Shown: one piece after another, positions 18,801 through 27,173 of the stretch
How positions within the stretch are numbered: the stretch's first letter is position 1
Layout: every line of letters begins with the position of its first letter
NCBI GenBank assembly: GCA_016929235.1
Contig: JAFGJD010000004.1
Coordinates: 128,866-171,163, forward strand
Direction of reading: 5' to 3'
Origin: Candidatus Babeliales bacterium
Lineage (GTDB): Bacteria; Babelota; Babeliae; Babelales; JABCYS01
DNA length: 42,298 bases
The notes under the pieces: model-generated
What the model was told of the DNA's origin: nothing
What the model saw: the letters and a program-made list of their open reading frames with translations, nothing else
The model's database searches: none
Translations under genes and position numbers: made by a program

Positions 18801-19839
18801 TGTCATTAAGCTCGCTAAGGTACACATAGTCATCGAGAGTGTAGGGCAAGATGGATGGTGTGGGGCTACTAGCTGCAAGTGCGGTCATGGTTTGCGAGAA
18901 TTTATCGCGATTAAAGAGTGGATTTAATTTTTTTTGTAATGCTGCTGCCATATGAATGGCTGTAATATAATGGGCTTCGATAGCCGTCAGAGCACCAAGA
19001 GTTGCGTGGTCCGCATTTATTGAATCATCCGACGTTGTCACAAATTGTTCTGGTTGGGAAGCTGCTTGGTAGAATGGTGTTGCTATATAAACTTTGATCT
19101 GATTTGAGAGAGCCGCAAAATTATTTGCGGTTGTTGACCAGGCATCATCAGCGCAGCTTGCTGCAAGGCGTTGTGTTACTGATCGAAGCAGGACGAGATA
19201 ATGTCGCATAAAGTCGATCGTATACCATGTATTGCGGCAGTCTGTTTGATGTATGGCAACATCAAGGTCGGGGAGATATTTATAGGTGCCAAGCTGAAAC
19301 GAGTTTGCATTAGAGGCAATTGATTCCATTTGATTAAATAGCTGAGCAAGCGTGTATTTGATATATGTTTGCCATATAGCTGATGCTTTTACCTCATCGG
19401 CGGTGATGGTTAATTGCGCAAGCGTAGTATTGAGTTGTTGTTGCGCAGTAGAGATAGCCTCATTCCAAGTTGTTTGTTCTGTAGCGGCCGAGTTGTTTTT
19501 ACCAATTGTAGCGATTTTAAGTGCACGCAAAGTGGTTAAAATTTCCTGTTTTTGTGACTCAGACCCTTTTTCATATTTAGCCAGTGTTTCTAAAAAAGCA
19601 TAAAACGATTTTACATACATTACTGTGATGGGATCGGTCGCGGCAAGATTAACTCCTCCTGATCCAAAAAACTGGTCGAGTTTATCCGCGTTGAGCGAAT
19701 CTGAAAGTTGAGTATATCCAGCAAATGCTGTATTCAGAGCATTATTGAGAGTTGCGTCAGATAAAGAAAGATCTTGGTTTTCTTGTGAAAATAACAAAAG
19801 CGTGCTGGCAAGCGGTATTATAAGGGATAGTTTTTTCAT
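15808..19839 (-). CDS. Large exported protein (1343 aa) with hydrophobic hairpin, coiled coil, lectin-like domain and two C-terminal repeats
   Basis: Long ORF with signal peptide. Gly-rich hydrophobic hairpin at aa ~640-683; GAWYRMKAQLSGSTLQVKIWKEGETEP beta-sandwich motif. ATGA-coupled to the upstream gene. Confidence 0.9.
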   Translation of the reverse strand: MKKLSLIIPLASTLLLFSQENQDLSLSDATLNNALNTAFAGYTQLSDSLNADKLDQFFGSGGVNLAATDPITVMYVKSFYAFLETLAKYEKGSESQKQEILTTLRALKIATIGKNNSAATEQTTWNEAISTAQQQLNTTLAQLTITADEVKASAIWQTYIKYTLAQLFNQMESIASNANSFQLGTYKYLPDLDVAIHQTDCRNTWYTIDFMRHYLVLLRSVTQRLAASCADDAWSTTANNFAALSNQIKVYIATPFYQAASQPEQFVTTSDDSINADHATLGALTAIEAHYITAIHMAAALQKKLNPLFNRDKFSQTMTALAASSPTPSILPYTLDDYVYLSELNDTRRSIAAYDTETLQPITFQDDENEDIILSSVSTSRNETVVPQNYLSDVWDGIVEGGKEAVDALSDVPGDIANWATDTWEGVSKGTVGFFTGNQALMDEASKAFGKANDSIVAIINDLGEAERGALHSVGAGLSFVLGFGDPTLQAEFESLFNSAADIVVDAIEGVTGGVMKLHGTVFRLGFDTIRIVNNLLVGGIEVIIGEQSLGEWGNNFKNIVEDMGVAILSSLTFIGDKLLDILQDAIKFIAYLTNYILDVILDVVRGLETLYHTVVEGQNIVDAWQRSKSAAWAADHRRLLFNIVLGIEFAVITIALGGGPLILGIGLTLDAAFGVFGAIGGGQQDEAALERKQEQHAFVANYETFINNTESTMIHLQQVMADELDKKYGAQISNMERSLGFYQGFLGNRYESTKGQLAQNLRAYNIALLTADQNTGAIPADVGSLYGFRTRVNDLNPGQGFTVYNDGRKSYSQEIAVSPSTVEPADDTASSSPESKYWFLQKVVTSVSSLAEVEVRWQAQYVLSTYHIGLYLGGEPFETVEELNASSDTIINHAHLAKMFVYKKTLAESPSTIGLYEHDTTLETFNDNWYQGTLSGPAFEVGAWYRMKAQLSGSTLQVKIWKEGETEPGFSSIAVTPTNETTLGFIASGASVEFDFLSPEITAQTIPKLRGQDREQNEIDRELDRRAARAQSKSPQFGSFVLTAVSDTDLMLSQFMYTTPSTQLNDAQGAATQDYVVFANRRRAGEINDIGCLPTDGNCVVSLVTGKVYDSGGTVTDTVSTVLNSYEQRYGHIDDTTRSSIVTLQQAYTATVQGPFDFGSYRLQASSLVDLGNNVFIYTAIKPDTTADADYVVMAHLDASNMPAEFGMPYTSDINGIISLVSGSAYTAAQEEPVQTGFTRIYSLHYQSIVSTNLKTKIEASQAAYQAQPAQEQTTDALPTVVPTNSQNVSEPPTSDTGSGEGNVGETGAPEQSLNEQQANASGTEPVSSGIVLEWADDNDGF
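16035..16737 (-). repeat. Two diverged ~115-120 aa tandem domains (protein-level repeat)
   Basis: FGSFVL..S..DL...FMYT...DYVVFA...VVSLVTGKVY...QQAY versus FGSYRL..S..DL...FIYT...DYVVMA...IISLVSGSAY...QAAY. Confidence 0.85.
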
Positions 19840-21401
19840 GACGAGCTCCTTTGCTGTAGCTTCGTTGTTACCAGCGTCTTAAAGGTATCAAGTTGATTTT
19901 GCGTATAGCGAAGCTCTTCTGGTTTTTTTACTGTGAATTCTGCTACACAACCGGGCGCCATAAATCCTATACCTCCATACAAAAATCCAAACTGTTCTAG
20001 GTTGTTGATGGTTGTATATTCAAGCGGTTCATTTGCTTGGGTTTCTTGTTCTGTGGCTCCCTGTTCCCACACTTTAAACGATACTTGGTTTGCTGCAGTT
20101 CGTATTTTGAAGATAAGTCGTAGAGTTCCTTCGTTTAATTTTTGTAATTGTTCTTCAGTGAGGACCTGGAAAGCTTGTGACTCAGGTTCGACTAATTGTT
20201 TGATTGGTGTGGTTATAGATAACCCGTCTGCAGTGTTACGAATAATTGTTTGCGCAAAATGAACCGATGCTGCTGGAACATTGTTTATGTTGGTTCCATA
20301 TAATCCGAGTAGTCTGTATTGACGCATACGCTCTGGGCTTCCTGATAACCAACGAGCTTTATTGAACATTATGCCGAGGCAGAATGGATATGAGACGCGA
20401 TGCGGGGTGCATGCAATTTCAATCTCATAGCCGTTAGATGCTGTGACATATTCTGAAAAGATCGAATTATTTTGCGCGTATTCTGGGCTCTTAGGATCAC
20501 TTTGATCAAAGAACGTTTGTAGTTGTGTTTGTATAAATGAATTTGTTGATTCATTAAATTGCCAGTCTCCACAACGTGATACGTTATACCAGCTATAACG
20601 ACCGCTTGGAGTAAACATTGGTGAGTGTGCAAACGCTTTATCCAAATTGATTTGATCGATCAACATCATTTGTTTTGGTAGAGCGATATTGAGAGACTTA
20701 TCTAATGTCATAAGTTGTCGTTCTACTGTAGAACCGCTAGCTTCGTATTGTGCTTCAAGCTGTTCTTGTGCTGCTGCAAAATTACCTGCAAGTTGAGCAA
20801 ATATCGTTTCTTGTTCAACCTGTGCATCATCTATGAACGTGTCGAAGTTTTCTTCGAGGGTTTTACGTTTTTCATCTATGACAGCAAACTCATCCGCGTC
20901 TTTTTGATCTTCCCATTGTGTTAGCATGCCAAGAGCCATTCCAACAGGGAGATACGCTATGATGATGCTAATGGGATTATGAAGAATCTTGCTCATAAGG
21001 GTTGGCATTGCTTGAGTAGCTACATCTCGAATTATTGTTCTTTGGAGAGCTTTTTCAACCCAGCTTGTTCCCATATGTTCAAGTGCAGCTTCTACCGATG
21101 TTCGCATCTCGGCAATTGCTGCGGATCTGGCAAGTTGTTTTGCTGCTACTTTCTCCGCGACTTCCTTTGCGGCTTCTCGCGCGGCAGCGTATGCCGCCTT
21201 TAGTACGGTTCTTCTGATAGCAAGTTCTCCTACAAATGCAGCAATTTTCCCCGCGGCTTCAACCAGAATTGCTCCTATACCCTGTACAATCACGATCTCA
21301 TTGCGTGGTGCGATAGGCGTTTCTGGAATGGTATAGTGATAAACAAAAAACGATGTTCCAAGGACTACGGTGAGGGATGCAGCTAGTACTTTTTTCTTCA
21401 T
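19836..21401 (-). CDS. Exported/anchored protein (521 aa), apparent paralog of the central part of the 1343-aa protein
   Basis: N-terminal signal or anchor, amphipathic Ala-rich helices, one hydrophobic segment, coiled coil, beta-rich end (VSFKVWEQGATE...IGFMAPGCVAEF). Confidence 0.88.
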   Translation of the reverse strand: MKKKVLAASLTVVLGTSFFVYHYTIPETPIAPRNEIVIVQGIGAILVEAAGKIAAFVGELAIRRTVLKAAYAAAREAAKEVAEKVAAKQLARSAAIAEMRTSVEAALEHMGTSWVEKALQRTIIRDVATQAMPTLMSKILHNPISIIIAYLPVGMALGMLTQWEDQKDADEFAVIDEKRKTLEENFDTFIDDAQVEQETIFAQLAGNFAAAQEQLEAQYEASGSTVERQLMTLDKSLNIALPKQMMLIDQINLDKAFAHSPMFTPSGRYSWYNVSRCGDWQFNESTNSFIQTQLQTFFDQSDPKSPEYAQNNSIFSEYVTASNGYEIEIACTPHRVSYPFCLGIMFNKARWLSGSPERMRQYRLLGLYGTNINNVPAASVHFAQTIIRNTADGLSITTPIKQLVEPESQAFQVLTEEQLQKLNEGTLRLIFKIRTAANQVSFKVWEQGATEQETQANEPLEYTTINNLEQFGFLYGGIGFMAPGCVAEFTVKKPEELRYTQNQLDTFKTLVTTKLQQRSSS

Positions 21402-21409
21402 CTATGTTC

Positions 21410-22792
21410 CTAACTACTCATACGTAAGATAATGCCTTCAGTTTCCGGCTTGAGAATATTGAGGCCGATCAGTGCGGTGAAATCTCCAAGACATCCACGG
21501 GTTACCTTAATAATGTCGTCAGGAGAGTTGAGCCATGTAGGCTGTCTTAATAACTCTTGTTCGAAGATTGCATTTCCAGAAGGCATGTTAACAAATAAAG
21601 CTTGTGCTCCTCCTTGACTACTTATTTCATTTCCTTGACTGTCCTTAAAGAAGGCAACCCTAAATGGCAGTTCGGCATTTGTTGCTGCATTCCGTGCATG
21701 TGTTCCTTGAACAGCAGCGGTGACGTATTGTACGGGCCAGTCTATGAGTTGAGATGTTGTAGGAATATTTTCAATAAGCAGAGGAATGACTCGTACGGCA
21801 CGGATAGTTCCTTGTGATGGAAAGAAAAATTGAGGTACAATTGGTTTATTTTGTTCTTGATACGATTTGACTAATGTTCTCATGGATGTCATATCGCGTA
21901 CTAGTTCATTTTCTCCAAGATATGCTTGCGCTGTCGGTTTTTGTAAAATGAGATTGGTGTAGGTTCTAAAGAGGTTGAAGTAAGTGCCAAAGATTTGTTT
22001 ATAAGCCGCCTGTTTATTTTTAACTGCTTCTCGTGTTGGAGCATCTAAGTTAAGGCCCGTTTCCATAGTAGCATCGTCGATTGTAAGAAGTGTCAGGTTC
22101 ACATTTGTGTCATTGTGAAGGATGGTTTTGCCTGTAAAAGCCGCGATCGATTTTGGAAGAGCTGAAAAGAGCGCTTGAGAAAATTTATATGACTGTGCAT
22201 CAACAATGTTAATTAAGTGCTCAACAATAAGAAATTTTTCGTTGAATGCGTATTGTTGTTCATAGGTAACGAATGTATCAAGAGTATCAATTTTGGTGAG
22301 GATAAAAGTTGCAAGTATTTTTTTTAGATGACTGTATAGTTGGCGCAAAACAGTTGTATACATCTGCTTTAGATACACATAAAAAATTGGATCTTGAGCA
22401 ACACTTGTTTGCAGTGATGAGAATGATGATGCAAGCGAGCCGTTATTTGGGAAAAATTGTGATGCGGACGGGTAATTATTTTGAAACAGGTTTGGAATAT
22501 CTGAAATGCAAAATCCACCCCCAATGGCCATCATACCAAACTGGGCGGCAAATGGAGTATTGTATCGGTTATCGTCATTTTTCTTTTCTAAGGTTCCATC
22601 GGGACGTGCAAGTGCATTCAGTAGTTGAGCATCAGTGAATGCTCGCGTTGTGCTGCCCGCCTGCTCTTCTTGTTGATCAGTTGGAGTAATGTCATTTGTA
22701 TCAATGTCGTCCATCGATGGACCGTCATCGAGTGCTTGTATTAGGGCACCGTGCAATGCACAGTAGGCAAGCACGAAAATCCATCGCTTCAT
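21410..22792 (-). CDS. Exported hypothetical protein (460 aa), first gene of the three-gene operon
   Basis: AAGGAG RBS, signal peptide ending IQA, acidic N-terminus, mostly helical-looking; 8 bp gap to the next gene. Confidence 0.88.
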   Translation of the reverse strand: MKRWIFVLAYCALHGALIQALDDGPSMDDIDTNDITPTDQQEEQAGSTTRAFTDAQLLNALARPDGTLEKKNDDNRYNTPFAAQFGMMAIGGGFCISDIPNLFQNNYPSASQFFPNNGSLASSFSSLQTSVAQDPIFYVYLKQMYTTVLRQLYSHLKKILATFILTKIDTLDTFVTYEQQYAFNEKFLIVEHLINIVDAQSYKFSQALFSALPKSIAAFTGKTILHNDTNVNLTLLTIDDATMETGLNLDAPTREAVKNKQAAYKQIFGTYFNLFRTYTNLILQKPTAQAYLGENELVRDMTSMRTLVKSYQEQNKPIVPQFFFPSQGTIRAVRVIPLLIENIPTTSQLIDWPVQYVTAAVQGTHARNAATNAELPFRVAFFKDSQGNEISSQGGAQALFVNMPSGNAIFEQELLRQPTWLNSPDDIIKVTRGCLGDFTALIGLNILKPETEGIILRMSS

Positions 22793-22940
22793 GTATATCT
22801 CTCCTTATGCGGAAGAAAAATCACACATAGGGTAGCCAATGATCTTTTTAAGAATCAATAGCTGTGTAAATTTACCTCTCCTTCAAAAAATATTATAGTT
22901 GCCTCAACATATCAGGAGACATCATAGATGTGGAGTATTC

Positions 22941-24146
22941 ATGGTTAATAGATTCAGATTAGTTTTCATGATGGGTGGATTACTTCTTACAGGATGGGTT
23001 GGATATCGTACGTATCATTATTTTTTTGATGATACCACGCCTGCGGTGATCCTCGATGGAATAGATGCAGAAAAATATTGCGCCGGCAATCTACAATGTA
23101 TTGTTAAGGGTTCAGACAGCTATAATGTTGCTAATCTTTCTATATGGTTAGATGATGTTCCATTGGTAACTAAGTTTCGTATTAATAAAAAAGCATTTGA
23201 GCACCCATTTACCATTAATACACATGCACTCAATAATGGAGTTCATAGATTGCGGGTTGAAGCAGTAAACGGAACGTACCGTCACAATCGGAGCGTTCAT
23301 GATTATTCCTTTAGTGTTGATAATCAACCTCTCCAGGCAGCGTTTGTTCGTCCCGAATCGGACCTAAAGGTATTTCAGGGAAGAACGCTTCATCTTCAAT
23401 TTCAAGTCAACAAGCCTATTAAAGATGCTCGCGTGAAGCTCCTTGCTCAAGAGTTCAAGTGTTATCCCGAATCACAGGGCTCTTCAATCTACGAGGCCTT
23501 CATTCCTATTGATTGTGAAGAGCAGCCTAATGAATACTTACTTGCCCTTGAGATTGAGGATCATGTTGGTAACTCGCAGACGCTGGAAAACAAATTTCAA
23601 GTGCTCATGTTTCCATTTAAAAAGCATACCGTTCGCGTTGACTCAGGCAAGGTTCAGCAGGAGGAAAAGTTAGGTAAGGATGATAAAGAACTTCGTGAAC
23701 TGATTGCACAATGCTGCTCGCAGTCACCACAAGAAAAACTGTGGCGAGGTGCGTTTATTACACCGCTTGAGATGACAACACAGACAGCAGATTTTGGCTC
23801 GATTCGCACTACAGTTGAAAAGGGTCGGTACATGCATAAGGCTGTCGACATCATTGGCCAACCTAAAACGGTGGTTTGGGCATCGCAAGATGGTATTGTT
23901 ATTGCCAAAGATCGTTTCGTTCAATCAGGTAATACCGTTGTGGTCGATCATGGATGTGGTGTAATGTCCTTATATTGTCATTTAGACAAATTTGCGACTC
24001 TTAATGTGGGTGACCACGTGAAGAAAGGTAACCCACTAGGTATTATGGGAAAGACAGGTTTTGCGACGGGTGATCATCTCCATTGGGAACTCGTTATTAA
24101 CGGTATTCCGGTTGATCCGATGCAGTGGACGAAGCAAAATTTCTAA
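22941..24146 (+). CDS. Membrane-anchored M23 metallopeptidase
   Basis: HKAVD, GNTVVVDHG, YCHL, GKTGFATGDHLHWE, VDP. N-terminal TM and Ig-like region. GGAG RBS before ATG 22941. Confidence 0.93.
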   Translation: MVNRFRLVFMMGGLLLTGWVGYRTYHYFFDDTTPAVILDGIDAEKYCAGNLQCIVKGSDSYNVANLSIWLDDVPLVTKFRINKKAFEHPFTINTHALNNGVHRLRVEAVNGTYRHNRSVHDYSFSVDNQPLQAAFVRPESDLKVFQGRTLHLQFQVNKPIKDARVKLLAQEFKCYPESQGSSIYEAFIPIDCEEQPNEYLLALEIEDHVGNSQTLENKFQVLMFPFKKHTVRVDSGKVQQEEKLGKDDKELRELIAQCCSQSPQEKLWRGAFITPLEMTTQTADFGSIRTTVEKGRYMHKAVDIIGQPKTVVWASQDGIVIAKDRFVQSGNTVVVDHGCGVMSLYCHLDKFATLNVGDHVKKGNPLGIMGKTGFATGDHLHWELVINGIPVDPMQWTKQNF

Positions 24147-24366
24147 AAATTTCACACGGTTTAGATCTGATAATTCCATCTCTTAGGTATGGGGGTGGAC
24201 AAAGATCTTTTTTCAAGTTAAGACTAGTTGTAAGCGATTCGGCATAAGACGGGTGTGGTTATGCAGATGTTTTTCGTACTTAGGGTTCTCAGGGAAATCA
24301 CCTTCAAATTATAAGTAGGGAAGCATGTATAGCGACGGCGTTTGTGCGGGAATATTATGAGGACAC

Positions 24367-24726
24367 ATGATGAGATATCAACCCTTTCTTTTTGTTGCAT
24401 TGTTAACTGGTGTTGCATGCGCTGATCGAATTATTGAGGTTGATACTAATATTGAGACAGACCTTACATTGGCGCACCAACAGCAGTCCCTGTTTCAATG
24501 TGTGTTTTCTTCTATTGTTCCAGAGGAAGAAGTGCCGAATTTTTCACCGACAGACTGGTCGTTCTTGTCAGAATATATGAGCTGTCTTTCAGAGAGCGCA
24601 CTTGAAGAAGTGGTGGGTAACGCTTATGCGGAAGTAAGGGAGTTTGTTTCAGTTATTACTGAATCATATGAGGCGAAATGGAGACGCATGCTCATGCAGC
24701 AGGCGTATGCCATTATGGTGAGGTAG
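24367..24726 (+). CDS. Small exported hypothetical protein
   Basis: GAGGA RBS, signal peptide ending ACA, acidic helical body; heads the pil-like cluster. Confidence 0.7.
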   Translation: MMRYQPFLFVALLTGVACADRIIEVDTNIETDLTLAHQQQSLFQCVFSSIVPEEEVPNFSPTDWSFLSEYMSCLSESALEEVVGNAYAEVREFVSVITESYEAKWRRMLMQQAYAIMVR

Positions 24727-24745
24727 CGAGGATAGTAGTGATGTT

Positions 24746-25306
24746 ATGTATTTCATATCTCAAAATAACAGAGTGTATTCATATCTCATTCGAATGTCAC
24801 AGCCAGTATGGTATGTGTTAACAATCGGATGTGGTCTTCTGTTGAGCTTGGTGTGGTGGAAGAGTTGGTATGAGCCGCTTTCGTCTAAAGAGACAAGGTT
24901 CCACGGAGAATATAAAACGCTTTTACAGCAACAAGATGCCTTTGCACGTATTCAGCATGCGAATAAAAAGCTCAAAGATGAAGTTACTTCCTTAGAGGTT
25001 TCGATTACTGATTATCTTGCCCATGTGCATCCTCATGAAATTACTCTCAAAAAATTTATCGACAAAGCACTTGAAGCAGGGCTAACTTTGATTTCCTATG
25101 CCCCGAAGGAAAGTATTGCGACCAAGTGGTACATGATTCATGAAGTCGAGGCTGGGCTTATTGGTTCATATGAAAATATCGTGCGGCTTTTGCATGTTCT
25201 TTCTATTCGCCAAGATTTGCTGGTAATCAAGTCGTTTTCTATTCGTAATGATGGCGACAAGTTGTACTTGTATTGTACCATTCGTGTAAGTGAGGGGTTA
25301 GTATGA
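24746..25306 (+). CDS. pilO: PilO/HofO-like protein
   Basis: TM plus coiled coil plus AGLTLISYAP...LIGSYENIVRLL PilO-type pattern; upstream of a secretin. Confidence 0.7.
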   Translation: MYFISQNNRVYSYLIRMSQPVWYVLTIGCGLLLSLVWWKSWYEPLSSKETRFHGEYKTLLQQQDAFARIQHANKKLKDEVTSLEVSITDYLAHVHPHEITLKKFIDKALEAGLTLISYAPKESIATKWYMIHEVEAGLIGSYENIVRLLHVLSIRQDLLVIKSFSIRNDGDKLYLYCTIRVSEGLV

Positions 25307-25704
25307 AGTATCGGATAGTCCTGGTGTGTTTCATGAGTGCAGCTATTGCTTGTAGTGATATGAAAGAGCATGTATTGCCGCTTGAGCTTGGTAATACACA
25401 GCGGGATCCGTTTGTATGGTCTACGGCTAAAGGAAAAGAGTCTTCCAAAGAAATCATACAAGAGGAACCTATTGTTAATGCGCAGCTTGAGCCGGAGGTA
25501 AGGGTTATTGAAAAACCAGCATGGCGCGTGTTCGGAGCTGCTACAACAAAACGAGATGCATACGCGTTATTGCGAGATGGTGATCACCAGCGGCTCGTAG
25601 AAGCCGGTGCAGATGTTGGTGGTGGATGGAGGGTATCGGAAATTACCACTCATAAAATCATGTATGTACATGAGACAGGAGAGCAATGGATCGTTGGAGT
25701 CTAA
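25303..25704 (+). CDS. pilP: PilP/HofP-like lipoprotein
   Basis: Lipobox-like AIAC, RDPF motif, WRVFG..AYALL..V..GADV..WRVSEIT beta domain. Confidence 0.72.
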   Translation: MKYRIVLVCFMSAAIACSDMKEHVLPLELGNTQRDPFVWSTAKGKESSKEIIQEEPIVNAQLEPEVRVIEKPAWRVFGAATTKRDAYALLRDGDHQRLVEAGADVGGGWRVSEITTHKIMYVHETGEQWIVGV

Positions 25705-27047
25705 TTGTTATAGCATGCTCTATCGGTGTAGGAGTGCATGCTTCCTCAGAAAAGACCTATGATGCGGAAATCATCTGCCAGCTGTCTAACATATTCAAGC
25801 ATAAAGGCCTGGCAGATTGTAGGTTGACCTTGGTATCACAGCCGGGAAATATCAATGAATGTTTGACCCTACTACGTGCTGCATCTGGTCAGGATATTAT
25901 GATAGACCAGCATCTTGCAGGAGAGTGCGGGGCATTTCACTTCTCTGATAAGACGGTAGGCGAAATACTAGACGTGATTTGTTCAAGTTACTCACCGCGT
26001 CTAGCACTGGTATCACAAAGTGGCGTATGGCGCTTGGTTGCATACGATGCTGCATATGAACACTTGAAATCGCAACAAAAAACACAACTGATTCAAAGAG
26101 TGTTTTCGTTAAAACATGCACGATGCGATGATGCATTTATCGAGAAAGTGCAAACAATCTGGAATCTTATTATTAGAGAACAAACTGATGTTGATGCGGC
26201 ATATTGTACGATTGATACAGAGAGCAAGAAAATCTTTGTCAAAGCGCCTAAGAATGCATTAGCTGAATTTGAAAATTTCTTAAAAGAGATTGATTGTGCA
26301 AAACCACAGGTTCGCATCGATGCACTTGTAGCCATTGCAGACAAAAATTACGAGTATGGTCTTGGTATGAATTGGTCAGGTATCTATGACCGGCAAGCAA
26401 GTATGAATGGCAAGTTTGATCTTGCGACCGTTGGTGCAACCGCTGAAAATTATGGCATTAATTTAGTACGAAAGCATGACAGTCCTTTGACGCTTCCGCT
26501 TACGTTTGGTGGTCCGGATCTCAATATTTTGAAACTCAATGTTGAACTACATGCAGCTGAAAATGAAGATCGTGTTCGTATTTTATTAAAACCTTCAGTA
26601 CTTACTAGTCATGAAGAAACTGCAGAGATTCTTATTGGTAAAAGCTTTCCTATCAAAAATATTATAAAAAAGGGCGATGATAAGGCCCCGCCAATTCATA
26701 CTATCGAATACAAGGACATTGGCACTATCTTGAACGTAAAACCATCTGTGAGCCCGAACCAACAAACAGTTCTTTTGGATATTTGGGTTGAAGACTCTGC
26801 TGTAGCCAGTCTTGCCTCTGCTGATCAGGCTCCTATCATCAAAACCATTCGAACAAAAAATAAAGTATTGCTTAAGAGTGGGCAAACGACAGTAATCGGT
26901 GGTTTGATGTTGAATAAACAGGAGCATACGAAGGTTGCTATCCCGGGGCTTGGTAAAGTTCCGTTACTCGGGTGGATGTTTAAGCATGATAAAAAAATAA
27001 AAGAAGATAGCGAGCTGTTGATTTTTATTACACCAACAATTGTGTAA
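25686..27047 (+). CDS. pilQ: Short PilQ/HofQ-like secretin
   Basis: IDCAKPQVRIDALV, YKDIGTILNVKP, LKSGQTTVIGGL, IPGLGKVPLLGWMFK, ELLIFITPTIV at the C-terminus. No AMIN domains apparent. Confidence 0.85.
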   Translation: MDRWSLIVIACSIGVGVHASSEKTYDAEIICQLSNIFKHKGLADCRLTLVSQPGNINECLTLLRAASGQDIMIDQHLAGECGAFHFSDKTVGEILDVICSSYSPRLALVSQSGVWRLVAYDAAYEHLKSQQKTQLIQRVFSLKHARCDDAFIEKVQTIWNLIIREQTDVDAAYCTIDTESKKIFVKAPKNALAEFENFLKEIDCAKPQVRIDALVAIADKNYEYGLGMNWSGIYDRQASMNGKFDLATVGATAENYGINLVRKHDSPLTLPLTFGGPDLNILKLNVELHAAENEDRVRILLKPSVLTSHEETAEILIGKSFPIKNIIKKGDDKAPPIHTIEYKDIGTILNVKPSVSPNQQTVLLDIWVEDSAVASLASADQAPIIKTIRTKNKVLLKSGQTTVIGGLMLNKQEHTKVAIPGLGKVPLLGWMFKHDKKIKEDSELLIFITPTIV

Positions 27048-27063
27048 CTAAAAAATGGGTTTG

Positions 27064-27100
27064 AAAAAAAGCCCTTCAACTTAAGAACTAAGCTGAAGGG
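27064..27100 (-). terminator. Intrinsic terminator (minus strand)
   Basis: CCCUUCAGCUUAG-UUC-UUAAGUUGAAGGG followed by C and U7. The G-U pairs work only on the minus strand. Confidence 0.85.
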
Positions 27101-27168
27101 TTAGGGGGGTGAACAATACTTTTTGTGGTATTGTTCGTTCAGGGACTTTGTTAAATTTTTTCAAATCT
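27064..27168 (-). ncRNA. Candidate ~105-nt small RNA
   Basis: Bounded by a near-consensus promoter and a terminator; internal 9-bp hairpin; no RBS-led ORF on this strand. Confidence 0.55.
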
Positions 27169-27173
27169 GGGAA

